Source: a bacterium
GTDB taxonomy: Bacteria > Electryoneota > JAOADG01
Length of the DNA: 64,000 bases
Assembly (NCBI GenBank): GCA_963681965.1
Contig: OY820579.1
Location: 3,680,001 to 3,744,000 of the forward strand
Reading direction: 5' to 3'
The translations under genes and the position numbers were made by a program. The notes beneath the pieces are model-generated. The model was not told where the DNA came from and did not search any database. It saw only the letters and a program-made list of their open reading frames with translations. This document shows positions 8,663 through 19,621 of the stretch, piece after piece (position 1 is the stretch's first letter; each line of letters opens with the position of its first letter).

Positions 8663-10410
8663 CAGAACACCGTTGTTTCGAGATACTCGCCGTACACTTG
8701 TTTCATCACACCGATCATCTCCCCAACCGTAACCATTGCATTGGCACAATTCAGGACATAGGGCATCACATTCTTGTCTTCTTCGCAGGCACCTTTCAGT
8801 TGTGCTAGCGATTCCTGCGCCACGGTGTTGTTCCGGTCGACGCGAATCTTTCGTAAAATCGAAACTTGTCGTTCTTCGGCGGTTTCGGAAATCTTCAAAA
8901 TCGGGATATCGATCGCCTCGTCACTTTCGACAAAGCCATTTACCCCGACAATTATTCGTTGTTTCGAATCCAACTCCTGTTGATGACGATACGCCGCCTG
9001 AGCAATCTCACGCTGGAAGAATCCGCTGTCGATCCCGGCAATCACACCGGGCAGAAATCCTCGATTGCCGCCCAAATCGTCGATCTTCCGGAAATATTCC
9101 ATCGCTTCGGCTTCGATCCGATCGGTCAGCTCTTCGATGAAATAACTGCCACCGAGTGGATCGACGGTATGCGCAACACCGATTTCATTCGCAATGATTT
9201 GCTGCGTACGCAATGCAATCTTCACCGCTTTTTCCGACGGCAATGCTAACGTCTCATCCATCGAATTGGTGTGCAGCGACTGCGTCCCGCCAAATACCGC
9301 CGCTAATGCTTCGTAAGCAGTGCGTACAATATTATTCTCCGGTTGTTGCGCAGTCAGCGAGCAACCCGCCGTTTGCGTATGGAACCGCAACATCCACGAG
9401 CGGGGTTTCTTCGCGCCGTAATGTTCTTTCATCATGCGCGCATAAATACGACGTGCAGCGCGGAACTTCGCCACTTCTTCGAAAAAGTCGATATGACTAT
9501 TGAAGAAGTGCGAGAGACGCGGGGCAAATTCATCGATATCGAGACCACGCTCCATCGCCGCTTCGATATAGGCAAACCCGTCTGCCAGAGTAAATGCAAG
9601 TTCCTGTGCCGCAGTCGAGCCGGCTTCGCGAATGTGGTACCCGCTGATCGAAACACTATTCCAGCGCGGCATCTCTTTCGCCGCAAATTCGATCATATCG
9701 ACCACTAATTTTATCGACGGTCGCACCGGAAAAATAAATTCTTTCTGCGCAATAAATTCTTTCAGGATGTCATTCTGCAGCGTACCGCCCATTTTGGCGC
9801 GCGGCGTCCCTTTTTTCTCACCGGCGGCAATGTAGTATGCCCACAAGATGAACGATGGGGAATTGATTGTCATCGAAGTCGTGACGGCACCTTGATCGAT
9901 GCCCTGCATGAGCACTTCCATATCGCGCAGGCTGCTGATTGCGACACCGCACTTGCCGACTTCGCCCAGCGCCCACTGGTCGTCGGCATCGCGACCCATC
10001 AGCGTCGGTAAATCGAAGGCGACGGAGAGTCCGGTTTGACCATTCTTCAATAGATAGTGATAGCGCTCATTGGTCTCTTCCGGCGTGCCAAATCCAGCGA
10101 ATTGTCGCATCGTCCAAAGTTTACCGCGATACATATTGGGATGAATTCCGCGCGTGTAAGGGTACTGACCGGGAAAACCGAGTTCAGTCACTACTTTACG
10201 GTCGTGCGATTTTTCCGGAAGCCCGATCAGTTCGATCGGATCCGATGATACGGTTTTATAGAACCCGCCGCGATCCGATGTTTCGGCAACCGACTTCTCC
10301 CACAGTGCTTTTGCAGTAGCGTAAGCGTCGGGTGAGTCCGGTGGTCGTTCCGGAGTCGATAGTGAATCGTGCAAACTTTTTCGATTGTGATTCGCGGTTG
10401 GTTCCGCCAT
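8662..10410 (-). CDS. B12-dependent acyl-CoA mutase large subunit (isobutyryl-CoA mutase-like)
   Basis: PYTRG, WTMRQFAGFG, GLSVAFDLPT, NDILKEFIAQKE, SISGYHIREAG; start MAEP at 10410. Confidence 0.93.
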   Translation of the reverse strand: MAEPTANHNRKSLHDSLSTPERPPDSPDAYATAKALWEKSVAETSDRGGFYKTVSSDPIELIGLPEKSHDRKVVTELGFPGQYPYTRGIHPNMYRGKLWTMRQFAGFGTPEETNERYHYLLKNGQTGLSVAFDLPTLMGRDADDQWALGEVGKCGVAISSLRDMEVLMQGIDQGAVTTSMTINSPSFILWAYYIAAGEKKGTPRAKMGGTLQNDILKEFIAQKEFIFPVRPSIKLVVDMIEFAAKEMPRWNSVSISGYHIREAGSTAAQELAFTLADGFAYIEAAMERGLDIDEFAPRLSHFFNSHIDFFEEVAKFRAARRIYARMMKEHYGAKKPRSWMLRFHTQTAGCSLTAQQPENNIVRTAYEALAAVFGGTQSLHTNSMDETLALPSEKAVKIALRTQQIIANEIGVAHTVDPLGGSYFIEELTDRIEAEAMEYFRKIDDLGGNRGFLPGVIAGIDSGFFQREIAQAAYRHQQELDSKQRIIVGVNGFVESDEAIDIPILKISETAEERQVSILRKIRVDRNNTVAQESLAQLKGACEEDKNVMPYVLNCANAMVTVGEMIGVMKQVYGEYLETTVF

Positions 10411-10411
10411 T

Positions 10412-11350
10412 TCAATTCCCCCTGAAACTTCGATACAATTCTTCAATAATCTCTTGCGGTTCGCGGCGTGCGGCAATTCCCTCGAGCAACGCTGCGTCGC
10501 GTCCATCCGACCACAACTCGCGTTCAATTCGCTCGGTTAACAGCGCCCGCAAGCGGCGTGCATACCGGCTGTCGCGTCGATGTTTCAACTCGCCGCACTC
10601 CCCCAGCACGACGCGATGACGATCGATGGTTTCGATCAATTCGACGATCCCCTTATTTTCGGTAGCAACTGTATTCAACAACGGCGGTGTCCAATGATCC
10701 CACATCTTCAATGAAATGGCGCTATTGAGCTGTTGTGTCGCCCGTTCTGCGCCATCGGCATCCGATTTGTTCATGACGAAGACATCGGCGATTTCCATCA
10801 GACCCGACTTCATCCCCTGAATCGAGTCGCCTGACTGCGGCACGACCACCACCAGTGTAGTATCGGCACAGCGCGCCACTTCGAGTTCCGACTGACCGAC
10901 ACCGACAGTTTCCAGAATCACGACATCGTAACCGAAGAGGTCGAACAGATCCGCAGCAACATCGACACCATGCGCGAGACCACCGCTGGCACCACGCGAT
11001 GCCATACTCCGGATAAATACACCCCGGTCCCCACCGAGGATCTGCATCCGAATCCGGTCGCCCAGCAGCGCACCTCCGGAAAATGGCGACGAGGGATCGA
11101 CGGCGATGATCCCCACTGTCCGGTTCAGCTCACGGAGCCGTTTTGTCATCATGGTGACAAGCGACGATTTACCCGCGCCGGGTGGTCCAGTAACACCGAT
11201 CCGGTACGATTTGCCCAATTTCTCGTAATCGCGATTGACCGAATCGCGCAACGCTTCGTCACCGTTCTCCAGTCGCGACAGTAATCGCGCGAATCCGCGC
11301 ACGTCGTCTGAGGCAACCAATTCTGTGACCGATGGATACTTATTGTTCAC
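10412..11350 (-). CDS. meaB: MeaB/ArgK GTPase chaperone of B12 mutases
   Basis: GPPGAGKS, AVDPSSPFSGGALLGDRIRM, ETVGVGQSE, NKSD. Confidence 0.95.
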   Translation of the reverse strand: MNNKYPSVTELVASDDVRGFARLLSRLENGDEALRDSVNRDYEKLGKSYRIGVTGPPGAGKSSLVTMMTKRLRELNRTVGIIAVDPSSPFSGGALLGDRIRMQILGGDRGVFIRSMASRGASGGLAHGVDVAADLFDLFGYDVVILETVGVGQSELEVARCADTTLVVVVPQSGDSIQGMKSGLMEIADVFVMNKSDADGAERATQQLNSAISLKMWDHWTPPLLNTVATENKGIVELIETIDRHRVVLGECGELKHRRDSRYARRLRALLTERIERELWSDGRDAALLEGIAARREPQEIIEELYRSFRGN

Positions 11351-11853
11351 TAATCGACCTGCTTCTCAAGTTGTTGTTTCTTACTCTGCAAGATATGAGT
11401 AAGGCAGTGATAAATTCAAACTAAATCGAAACCGATTGAATTTTCATGCGATTTTTTGTGCAAATGCTTGCACGATGATGGCTTGATCAACCAAATCAGG
11501 CTTAGACACGTCCACATTCGGATTCAACGATCAATTTGAATAATCAGTTGTTACGAAATACCGATACCATGTTTCACACTGACGTTTAGAATGATACTGA
11601 ATAACCGGTTTCGGTGTTGGATTTTCAGGTGATTGATTTTCAGGGATCGATTGTGGTCGAATGGTGCTTATCCCATTAAATACCTCAAGTATCACTTTAA
11701 CTATTTCATTCTCGTTTATCTACTCCTCTCAGAATAATGAAGATCTTAATATGAAGCAATTTAATTGTGATATTGTGATGCAGAACACGTAGATATAGAG
11801 TGAATCATACATATCTTGTTATTGGAATTGGCACTCAAATTCGGCGGGAGGGG

Positions 11854-14800
11854 ATGATGAAATCGAGATTGGTAATTTTGTTGCAAATTTTGGTGATCGT
11901 GGTCGCAGGGTATGCCATGCCGCCTTATCCCGGTTATGTCGAACAGATGCGCACTCATCTTGCCGAACCGACGTATTACTTGCAGCACGAAACAGCATTG
12001 CGCGCGGCTGGCGTCGATGCCCCAAGCGACGAACGATTCGATCGATCAATCGACGAACTGAATACTAATCGCTTTCTGCTCGTTCTGCTTGTCGATTTCT
12101 CGGACCAACCATCTCGCGTTGCCGCTTCCGCATTCGACGGTTTGTATTTTACCAATTCCAATTCCGTGAATGCATATTTCAACGCTGTTTCTCGTAATAC
12201 TTGCAATTTCACAACGTCGAATCTTCCCTCCGCCATGGGTTGGCTGCGGATGCCGCAAACCTATGAATACTACGTCAATTCGTCAAACGGATTCGGTTCC
12301 TATCCGCGAAATGCACAAAAATTATTCGAAGATGCGATTTCGGCTGCTGTTAGTCGCATCAACTTTTCAACCTACGACAATAACCACGACAATCGCTGCG
12401 ATGGTGTCATACTGGTGCATTCCGGTCCCGGCGCTGAGTTTACCGGCGACAATACCGATATCTGGTCGCATGCCTGGGCAGTCTCACCGCAAACACTCAA
12501 TGGCGTTACCGTTTCCAATTATTGCACCGTCCCGGAATACTGGATCAATTCCGGCGATATGACGATTGGGGTTTCTTGTCACGAGATGGGGCACAATCAA
12601 TTCGCTCTGCCCGATTTATACGACACCGACTATTCTTCGCAAGGAATTGGCGATTGGAGTTTGATGGCGTCCGGATCGTGGAATGGTCCCCTCGGCAATT
12701 CACCTGCGTTTCCCGATGCCTGGAGCAGGGTTTCCATGGGATTTGCTTCGGCGACGACTATCAGTACTTCGATTCCGTCTGCGACCATTTTACCGTCGGA
12801 AACCGCTTCGTCGTTTTATAAAATTGCCGCCAATCCGTCAACCACCGAATATTATCTACTCGAGAATCGCCAATTAACCAGTTTTGATGCAGCCCTCCCC
12901 GCATCCGGCTTATTGATCTGGCATATCGACGAGTCGATTGGAAACAACAACAACGAGTACTATACCGGTCACACGACCGGTCATTATCATGTCGCATTGG
13001 AACAAGCCGATGGATTAAATCATTTGGAACGGAATCAGAATAACGGTGATGCCGCCGACCCCTTCCCCGGATCGACCACCAATCGAAGATTTGCGCCTTC
13101 AACCACCCCGAGTAGTTTGCGCTACGGCGGATTGACTACAACACCGCCGATCGATATCTCCAATATTTCTGTCAGCGGTTCAAATATCACGGCAGCGATC
13201 TCGCTGGCACAATTACCGAATATCGCAGTGCTAGCACCCAACGGCGGCGAGAGCTGGGCAGTTGGATCCAGTCAGACAATCCGCTGGACAAGCTATCAAG
13301 TCACCGGATTATTGAATATCTATCTCAAGCGATCGCCGACTGAGACTTGGGTGCGGATTGGTCCGAATGTCAGCAATACCGGTTCGTTCCGATGGACAGT
13401 AACGGGACCGGCAACATCCACTGCGAAAATTCTAGTACAAAATGCGGCGGCGACGATCAAAGATTCTTCGCAAACGGTATTCTCAATTTATGTTCCACCT
13501 TCGATCACCATCACTGCGCCGAACACGGCGGAATCGTGGCAACTCGGCACAATCAAGACCATAACATGGAATTCAGTCAATGTCAGTGGAACAGTTTCGA
13601 TTCAATTGAATCGATCTTATCCCACCGGATCGTGGGAAACACTCTATGCCGGGGTAACGAATAACAGCAGCCACACGTGGACAGTTACCGGTACAACCAG
13701 CAGCACGTCGCGTTTTCGCATCTTATCCGATGCAACACCCACGGTGGGAGATACAACGAATGCCAGTTTGTACATTTGCAATCTTTCGCTAAGTGCGCCC
13801 GATGGCGGTCAGAGTTGGGGCATCGGTTCGCGGCAGACAATCTCTTGGACGAATGCGAATCTTGCCGGCAATATTTCGCTCTATCTGCGACGAACACCGA
13901 CCAGCACATTGGAAGTGATCGCCACCAACATCACCAACACGGGTTCGCGGGTCTGGACGGTGACCGGTCCGGTGACATCCACTGCTCGCATTCTAGTAAG
14001 AAATGTCGCGTGTATTGTCGCCGATAGTTCATCTAGTACATTTTCGATTTTTCAACCGCCGAAAATCACAGTAACCAGTCCGAATGGTGCAGAATTATGG
14101 CAAGGAGGCACCATTCACAATGTGACTTGGACGGCATTGAGTATCAGTGGAACGGTTGTCGTGCAGATCAATCGCAGCTATCCGTCGGGGACGTGGGAAA
14201 CGCTGCAATCTGGAGTCTCAGCCAGCGGCTCGTACCCTTGGACGGTGTCCGGATCGGGATCGACCAATCGGATCCGCGTGGTGTGGTCGAGCAATTCGAT
14301 GATCTGCGATACGTCGAATGCGATTTTCTCCATTCCATCAATAGTTTTGACGAGTCCCAACGGTGGCGAAAATTTAACGATCGGTTCAACAAGAACGATA
14401 ACGTGGACGAGTAGTCTGGTCAGTGGAACGCTGAATATTTATCTGCGACGTTCGAATAGTACCACATGGACACGCATCTGTCCGAATGTTGCCAATACTG
14501 GTTCGGCACGGTGGGTCGTTACCTCGCCAATCACTTCGACGGCGAAAATATTGATTCAAAATGCTGCCGCGACGATCAAAGATTCCAGCAATGCGGTGTT
14601 TTCCATCGGCGTTACCGGTTCTCCCGATACACCCACTACCCCAATCGGTACGTCGGAGAATCCAACGGCATCGATTCCGATCGCGTTTCAGCTATCCGCA
14701 GCACCGAATCCATTCAATCCATCGACGACGATCTCGTTTTCGTTACCTCACGAGAGTGTCGTATCACTGACGATTTTCGATGCGCGCGGTGCAGAAGTAC

Positions 14801-14943
14801 AACGATTAGTGCCACCCACCAATTATCGCGCCGGTAAGTATTCAGTGCGGTTCGACGGTTCGCGGTTAAGCGGTGGTGTCTATTATTACCGGTTGACTAA
14901 TGGCAGTGAAACGACTGTTAAGAAGATTGTGTTGGTAAAGTAA
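11854..14943 (+). CDS. Secreted M6 (immune inhibitor A-like) metalloprotease with five Ser/Thr-rich Ig-like repeats and T9SS-type CTD
   Basis: Signal peptide; CHEMGH...LPDLY, WSLMASGSW, EYYLLENRQ, GLLIWHID; five (S/A)PNGGE.W repeats; APNPFNPSTTISF...VKKIVLVK. Confidence 0.9.
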   Translation: MMKSRLVILLQILVIVVAGYAMPPYPGYVEQMRTHLAEPTYYLQHETALRAAGVDAPSDERFDRSIDELNTNRFLLVLLVDFSDQPSRVAASAFDGLYFTNSNSVNAYFNAVSRNTCNFTTSNLPSAMGWLRMPQTYEYYVNSSNGFGSYPRNAQKLFEDAISAAVSRINFSTYDNNHDNRCDGVILVHSGPGAEFTGDNTDIWSHAWAVSPQTLNGVTVSNYCTVPEYWINSGDMTIGVSCHEMGHNQFALPDLYDTDYSSQGIGDWSLMASGSWNGPLGNSPAFPDAWSRVSMGFASATTISTSIPSATILPSETASSFYKIAANPSTTEYYLLENRQLTSFDAALPASGLLIWHIDESIGNNNNEYYTGHTTGHYHVALEQADGLNHLERNQNNGDAADPFPGSTTNRRFAPSTTPSSLRYGGLTTTPPIDISNISVSGSNITAAISLAQLPNIAVLAPNGGESWAVGSSQTIRWTSYQVTGLLNIYLKRSPTETWVRIGPNVSNTGSFRWTVTGPATSTAKILVQNAAATIKDSSQTVFSIYVPPSITITAPNTAESWQLGTIKTITWNSVNVSGTVSIQLNRSYPTGSWETLYAGVTNNSSHTWTVTGTTSSTSRFRILSDATPTVGDTTNASLYICNLSLSAPDGGQSWGIGSRQTISWTNANLAGNISLYLRRTPTSTLEVIATNITNTGSRVWTVTGPVTSTARILVRNVACIVADSSSSTFSIFQPPKITVTSPNGAELWQGGTIHNVTWTALSISGTVVVQINRSYPSGTWETLQSGVSASGSYPWTVSGSGSTNRIRVVWSSNSMICDTSNAIFSIPSIVLTSPNGGENLTIGSTRTITWTSSLVSGTLNIYLRRSNSTTWTRICPNVANTGSARWVVTSPITSTAKILIQNAAATIKDSSNAVFSIGVTGSPDTPTTPIGTSENPTASIPIAFQLSAAPNPFNPSTTISFSLPHESVVSLTIFDARGAEVQRLVPPTNYRAGKYSVRFDGSRLSGGVYYYRLTNGSETTVKKIVLVK

Positions 14944-14965
14944 CGCATACCGATTGTTTAAAATA

Positions 14966-14998
14966 GAAGGGTGAACGCGTGTTCACCCTTCATTTTTT
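14966..14998 (+). terminator. Intrinsic terminator
   Basis: gaagggtgaac-gcgt-gttcacccttc followed by a T-run just after the protease stop. Confidence 0.85.
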
Positions 14999-15111
14999 GT
15001 TGTTTACAAATAATCATTGTCATCATTAGTAGGGGCGGACCCCCGTGTCCGACCGTTTTGCAAGCGAAGCCTGACCACAGATTTTACAGCGATTAGTATC
15101 TCTATGATCTG

Positions 15112-18100
15112 CTATTTTTTGTAATACCCGATCTTCCAACCCACCAGTCTCCCTTCGACGTTGCCATACAATACACCATCGCGAACGACTGGATCGGCAA
15201 TCGAACCGAATGGGAGTAGTTCGTGGAAAACAATTTCGCCACTCGCTTGATTCAATAACTGCAATTCACCATTCTTCATGATGATCGGAACATTCAGTGG
15301 ATCGTCGGTAAATGCCGCGTCATGCAGATTCGAAAGATCTTTTTTCCAGAGAATACGATCGACATCGTTTGTACCGGTGGCAAGATCAATTCCGATCAAG
15401 TTTTCATTTTCACCGTGCAATGCAATTTTATTCGTCTGCAACGGCAACCAGAACGTTTTCAAGCGGCTCTTGGTCGAACCCATGTAGAACTCATCCAGAC
15501 CGCTGATCTTCGTCGTACGTGCAATATTCCGTGCCGGATCGAAGAAATAGAGTTGATTCTCTTTTTGGTAAATCAACGTCCCTTCGGTATTGCAACAAGC
15601 GTAATGAAATCCGTCGGGTAAAATCCAATTGGCAAGTTGTTTCCCCGTTCGTGGATCGATCTCGGACAATCCTTTGCAGATGTTGCTGTTGAATCCGATC
15701 ATTCCGTTTTTCACTTTCGTGATCAACGTATCTTTCCCGCGCAAGTACTTCAGATCGAGCTTTTCACCCGATTGATAACATTTCTTGATGTCGTTAATGT
15801 CGGAGTTATTACCGATATGATACGACCCGAGCCCGATGACGATATCGTCTTTTTTGATCCCGGCTTGTTCGGCTTGTCCACCTGGATTAACCGAAACTAC
15901 TTTCCTACCATAGACTGTGTGAACGTAAAAATGCTCGCCGCTCTTGACCGGCTTATCACTAGTCGTATCGCACCACCCGGGTCGAACGCCGTCGATATTG
16001 ATACCGAAGGTATATTGTCGGTCCGTCTCGGGTTTCATTCCCCATTCCAGAAATTCACCGAGGAGATAACCGTCTTTGTTCGGCGCCGTACCTGACGGAA
16101 TCCACCAATGTATTCGCGAGTCGGACAATCGGACAGAAGGATCGAGATAGGTTGTCTTGATCGGTTGCAGGGTTTTCACAGAACCATCATTTGAAAAGAG
16201 ATTTGGCGTCCAGACAACGTCATTTTTTCCGGCAGTTTTCGAATAAGTAAAGTAGATTGGACCCGCCTGCGAATTAAGTGAATACGACGTCAGCATCGGC
16301 AAATTGTCAACTTGAAGTTGCCCATCATCCAACCGAACAGTATTGCGTTTCATCAATCGGTCGCGCGCGATATAGTCTTCCCTGCCCCAATCGTTCCAGA
16401 CCAGAGCGGTTTTATTCTGCACGGAAATGGTATGACTCTCCTCCATAAACGGTTCGGTAACTACTGATAACCCGTGTTTCTGCAATGTACTTTTCCAACT
16501 GTTCTCACCCGTTGCCAGATAACTCTCCCAGGCAATTCGATTGGCATCCGTAACCAACTTCTTGGATTGAAGATATTCGAATAACGATGTTCGAAGTGAA
16601 GTCGTCGGAAATTCACCGGGTTGCATAGCGATTGGGAGGTATTGGGAAGCTTTGTTATCGGTACCCAAATGCTGTTGCGCGACGATTGCCACTGCAGCCA
16701 ACTCGCGTAAAAGCTTGCGATCGGAGGACAATCGTTGCATTTCGAACAGCGGTACTTCCCAGTTGTCCATCGCGAAGAACCACTTTCCATTGCTACTAAT
16801 CTCAGCAGGTTCCATTCCCCAATGATTATTCGTCATGTAGAGGGTCGAACCATCCCGCGCATCGATCAGATACTGTGTACCGATAGAAGCGCCATGCAAC
16901 CAAAGATAGCGGTCGTCGTACTGGTATAACCGTCCCTCGGATTCAAGCGTGCGGTAAGGTTTTCGCCACATCACCGTTTGCGATTTCAAATCGTACGCAA
17001 TCAACTCGCCGGGTGATCGATAATAATACAGCATTGTTGAATTCGATTTGTCGGCTTCGGAGACGAGGTGATCGACTCCCGCATTTTTTTTGTTCCCAAT
17101 TGCAACGTGAACCAGCGCACCGGTCACATCGTATACCGGACGATTCCCGTCGAATACCCGTAATCCCTGATCGCCTGAATTGATCAAATATTTTCCATTG
17201 GCATGTAAGTTACGCCCGGCGACCGAGAATTTGATCGGTTTAGAAGTACCAGAACGATTTAGATCGTTCAAGTACAAACTGTCACCGATGATTCGCGCCA
17301 GTTTGGTGTCGTTGTCGTACAATACCGTGTTCAGCAATTCGCTCGATTTCGATCCGGTCGAGATATCAAACGTTGTTATGGAATGTGGAACTTGCGAGAA
17401 ATCGCACCGTAACAGCGAATCGATATCGTTGCGAAGAAAGTAATAATTCGGTGCATGCCAGATTCCGTCCAGTGTCAACCGTGGAGGTAATTCACCGCGG
17501 TCCGCGACTTGATTGGTGGTATAATTGAGCCGTAGATAACGGCTGCTATCGATTATGAAGGCACAATTCTTGTCGTTGAGATATCGAAAATTCCGCATCC
17601 ACGGTCCGGAATAATAATTATAGTTTTCTGCCTCCAGAGTGACATGGCGTAACTCGGTCAGGTCCTTCAACTCGCCACTGATCGTGTTGATGCTAAATAT
17701 CGTAGACGCTTTCTCGCCGACTTTCAAGGCATACATCATGTCGCCGGAAATGTCCAACACCTGTAGAAATTTGCAATCGAAAGAAAGGTCGAGCGGAAAT
17801 GAGATGCGATCGCTGCGGAGAATGATGAGTCGCCAATCCTTCATATCCTTGAGCCACAATCTCGAATAGACGATTCGGTAGTCGTGTCCGGTTAGATATT
17901 GATTATACATCGAGCGGTAGTCGGAGGTTTTGATCGTCTTGATCGATTTTCCCGACTTCGTTTCTAGAATTTCGATCGATGAGCGTAGCGAATTTGTGCG
18001 GAATTGTTTTTTTACGACAGTGAAGTCGCCGAGAAATTCGGCTTCGTTGATGCTCCGATCCGGATCGTAAAACGACCATTCGCCGAAACGCGTGGAATCC

Positions 18101-18276
18101 CAGATTTGCAGTGCGGTTCCGGCACGCTCGGCAGCGTTTTTCCAATCCTTTTGCGCGAATGCATCCAGCGCTTGTTGGTGAAGCGTTGTGAGATCGGCGG
18201 CAAATAATTGAATGGAACTGCAAATCAAGATGATAAGAAAAACTATCGGAAGAGATCGACGGTACACACAAGACAT
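15112..18276 (-). CDS. Large exported beta-propeller-type protein with internal PDZ domain
   Basis: Signal peptide; propeller-like motifs (ELIAYDLKSQTVMW, LIDARDG, DPVVRDGVLYG); PDZ VVSVNPGGQAEQAGIKKDDIVI; start may be 18276 or 18300. Confidence 0.75.
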   Translation of the reverse strand: MSCVYRRSLPIVFLIILICSSIQLFAADLTTLHQQALDAFAQKDWKNAAERAGTALQIWDSTRFGEWSFYDPDRSINEAEFLGDFTVVKKQFRTNSLRSSIEILETKSGKSIKTIKTSDYRSMYNQYLTGHDYRIVYSRLWLKDMKDWRLIILRSDRISFPLDLSFDCKFLQVLDISGDMMYALKVGEKASTIFSINTISGELKDLTELRHVTLEAENYNYYSGPWMRNFRYLNDKNCAFIIDSSRYLRLNYTTNQVADRGELPPRLTLDGIWHAPNYYFLRNDIDSLLRCDFSQVPHSITTFDISTGSKSSELLNTVLYDNDTKLARIIGDSLYLNDLNRSGTSKPIKFSVAGRNLHANGKYLINSGDQGLRVFDGNRPVYDVTGALVHVAIGNKKNAGVDHLVSEADKSNSTMLYYYRSPGELIAYDLKSQTVMWRKPYRTLESEGRLYQYDDRYLWLHGASIGTQYLIDARDGSTLYMTNNHWGMEPAEISSNGKWFFAMDNWEVPLFEMQRLSSDRKLLRELAAVAIVAQQHLGTDNKASQYLPIAMQPGEFPTTSLRTSLFEYLQSKKLVTDANRIAWESYLATGENSWKSTLQKHGLSVVTEPFMEESHTISVQNKTALVWNDWGREDYIARDRLMKRNTVRLDDGQLQVDNLPMLTSYSLNSQAGPIYFTYSKTAGKNDVVWTPNLFSNDGSVKTLQPIKTTYLDPSVRLSDSRIHWWIPSGTAPNKDGYLLGEFLEWGMKPETDRQYTFGINIDGVRPGWCDTTSDKPVKSGEHFYVHTVYGRKVVSVNPGGQAEQAGIKKDDIVIGLGSYHIGNNSDINDIKKCYQSGEKLDLKYLRGKDTLITKVKNGMIGFNSNICKGLSEIDPRTGKQLANWILPDGFHYACCNTEGTLIYQKENQLYFFDPARNIARTTKISGLDEFYMGSTKSRLKTFWLPLQTNKIALHGENENLIGIDLATGTNDVDRILWKKDLSNLHDAAFTDDPLNVPIIMKNGELQLLNQASGEIVFHELLPFGSIADPVVRDGVLYGNVEGRLVGWKIGYYKK

Positions 18277-18708
18277 AGGAACCTCCGTTGAGAGCAGCAT
18301 TAGTGTAAATCCGGATCGAAAAAGCGGTTTGCTTCGAATCGCTCAGCTTTTAAATGTGTTACTGAACCATTCGATAATCTGACACGTAAATAAGTGGCGA
18401 GAGCGGTTAATCAGTAACCGCAATATTTATTTTATCAATTTACATTCGACATATTTGAACTGTCAAGCGAACTGCGCATTTTATGCAATAAAATCATGAT
18501 TGATAAATGTAAGTTGTTATCGGTAGTCGGAGCGGACCCTCGCGTCCGCAGGTCAGGCAAAGCCTGACACCGATTCATGACAACTTACTTTCAAGAACCA
18601 TTATATAATTTATCGAAGGGATCAATATTAATCAACGCTGAAGAGGGTTATTTCTAGATTGAGTCGAGGTATTGAGTGGGAATTTTGGATACTGTGATGG
18701 GTGCATTT

Positions 18709-19011
18709 TCACCAGTAACTTGTCCACAATTCCACTTCACCGTATAAAATGGTCGCACCACAGGCAGCGCGCCACGGTTGTTTGAGATCGATCTCCCACT
18801 CCATGCGATGTGCCAGTTTCAATTCCCGTTCCGAAGGTGGCGAGAGGTTTTCCGCGCCCTGGAGAATCTTCACTTTGCAGCGATTGCACACCAATTCACC
18901 TAAACAGGAACTCGCGATCGGTACCTCGGCGGTACGCAATGCATCATAGAGCCGCGTACCTGCCGGAACGTCCCATTCTTTGCGCAATCGCGGTATCCGA
19001 ATCGTCGGCAT
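18709..19011 (-). CDS. 2Fe-2S ferredoxin-like protein
   Basis: SSCLGELVCNRCKV ... RAACG (Cx5Cx2C...C). Confidence 0.88.
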   Translation of the reverse strand: MPTIRIPRLRKEWDVPAGTRLYDALRTAEVPIASSCLGELVCNRCKVKILQGAENLSPPSERELKLAHRMEWEIDLKQPWRAACGATILYGEVELWTSYW

Positions 19012-19027
19012 CGATTAATAGATTAAG

Positions 19028-19621
19028 CTACTTTACTGGAACCGCATCGAACAACTGTTGCGAATGCTCATTCACTTTCACATCGCGAGTGATATGCAAC
19101 AGCTTGCCATCAGGACCGATTACATATGTGTATCGCAACGTCCCCTCGTACTCCCGACCCATCAACTTTTTCTTACCGAATGCGCCGTACGCTTTCTGCA
19201 CTGTGCGATCGGGATCGGATAGCAATGGAAACGGCAGCGAAAAATCGGTGGTAAATTTCTGGTGGCTCTTCAACGAATCGGCACTGATGCCGAACACCAA
19301 CCAACCCCGTTTCAAAAACTCCGACCAATTGTCGCGAATATTGCATGCCTCTTTGGTGCATCCCGGCGTGTTGTCTTTCGGGTAAAAATAGAGCACAACC
19401 GTCTTTCCGAGCTGTGCCGATAACTTGACGGTACTTCCATCGGTCGCAGATAAATCGAAATCCGGTGCCGGATCTCCGACTTTTAACATGATTCCTCCTT
19501 CAACTTGTGTTTCTCCCTCCGCGATCGCGGGTTCGGCGCGTGCAACGGCATAGATCATCAGTCCAGCAAGGGTGATGATCAACAGAATGGTCGTAAAGCG
19601 GAGTTCTTTCAGCAGTTTCAC
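19028..19621 (-). CDS. bcp: Peroxiredoxin BCP, with a possible second start at 19489
   Basis: YFYPKDNTPGCTKEAC, LPFPLLSD; N-terminal signal-peptide-like extension. Confidence 0.92.
   Translation of the reverse strand: MKLLKELRFTTILLIITLAGLMIYAVARAEPAIAEGETQVEGGIMLKVGDPAPDFDLSATDGSTVKLSAQLGKTVVLYFYPKDNTPGCTKEACNIRDNWSEFLKRGWLVFGISADSLKSHQKFTTDFSLPFPLLSDPDRTVQKAYGAFGKKKLMGREYEGTLRYTYVIGPDGKLLHITRDVKVNEHSQQLFDAVPVK

Noticed and set aside
11351-11850. Cobalamin riboswitch upstream of meaB/mutase
   Set aside because: I could not find B12-box core motifs; the region looks like an AT-rich divergent promoter spacer
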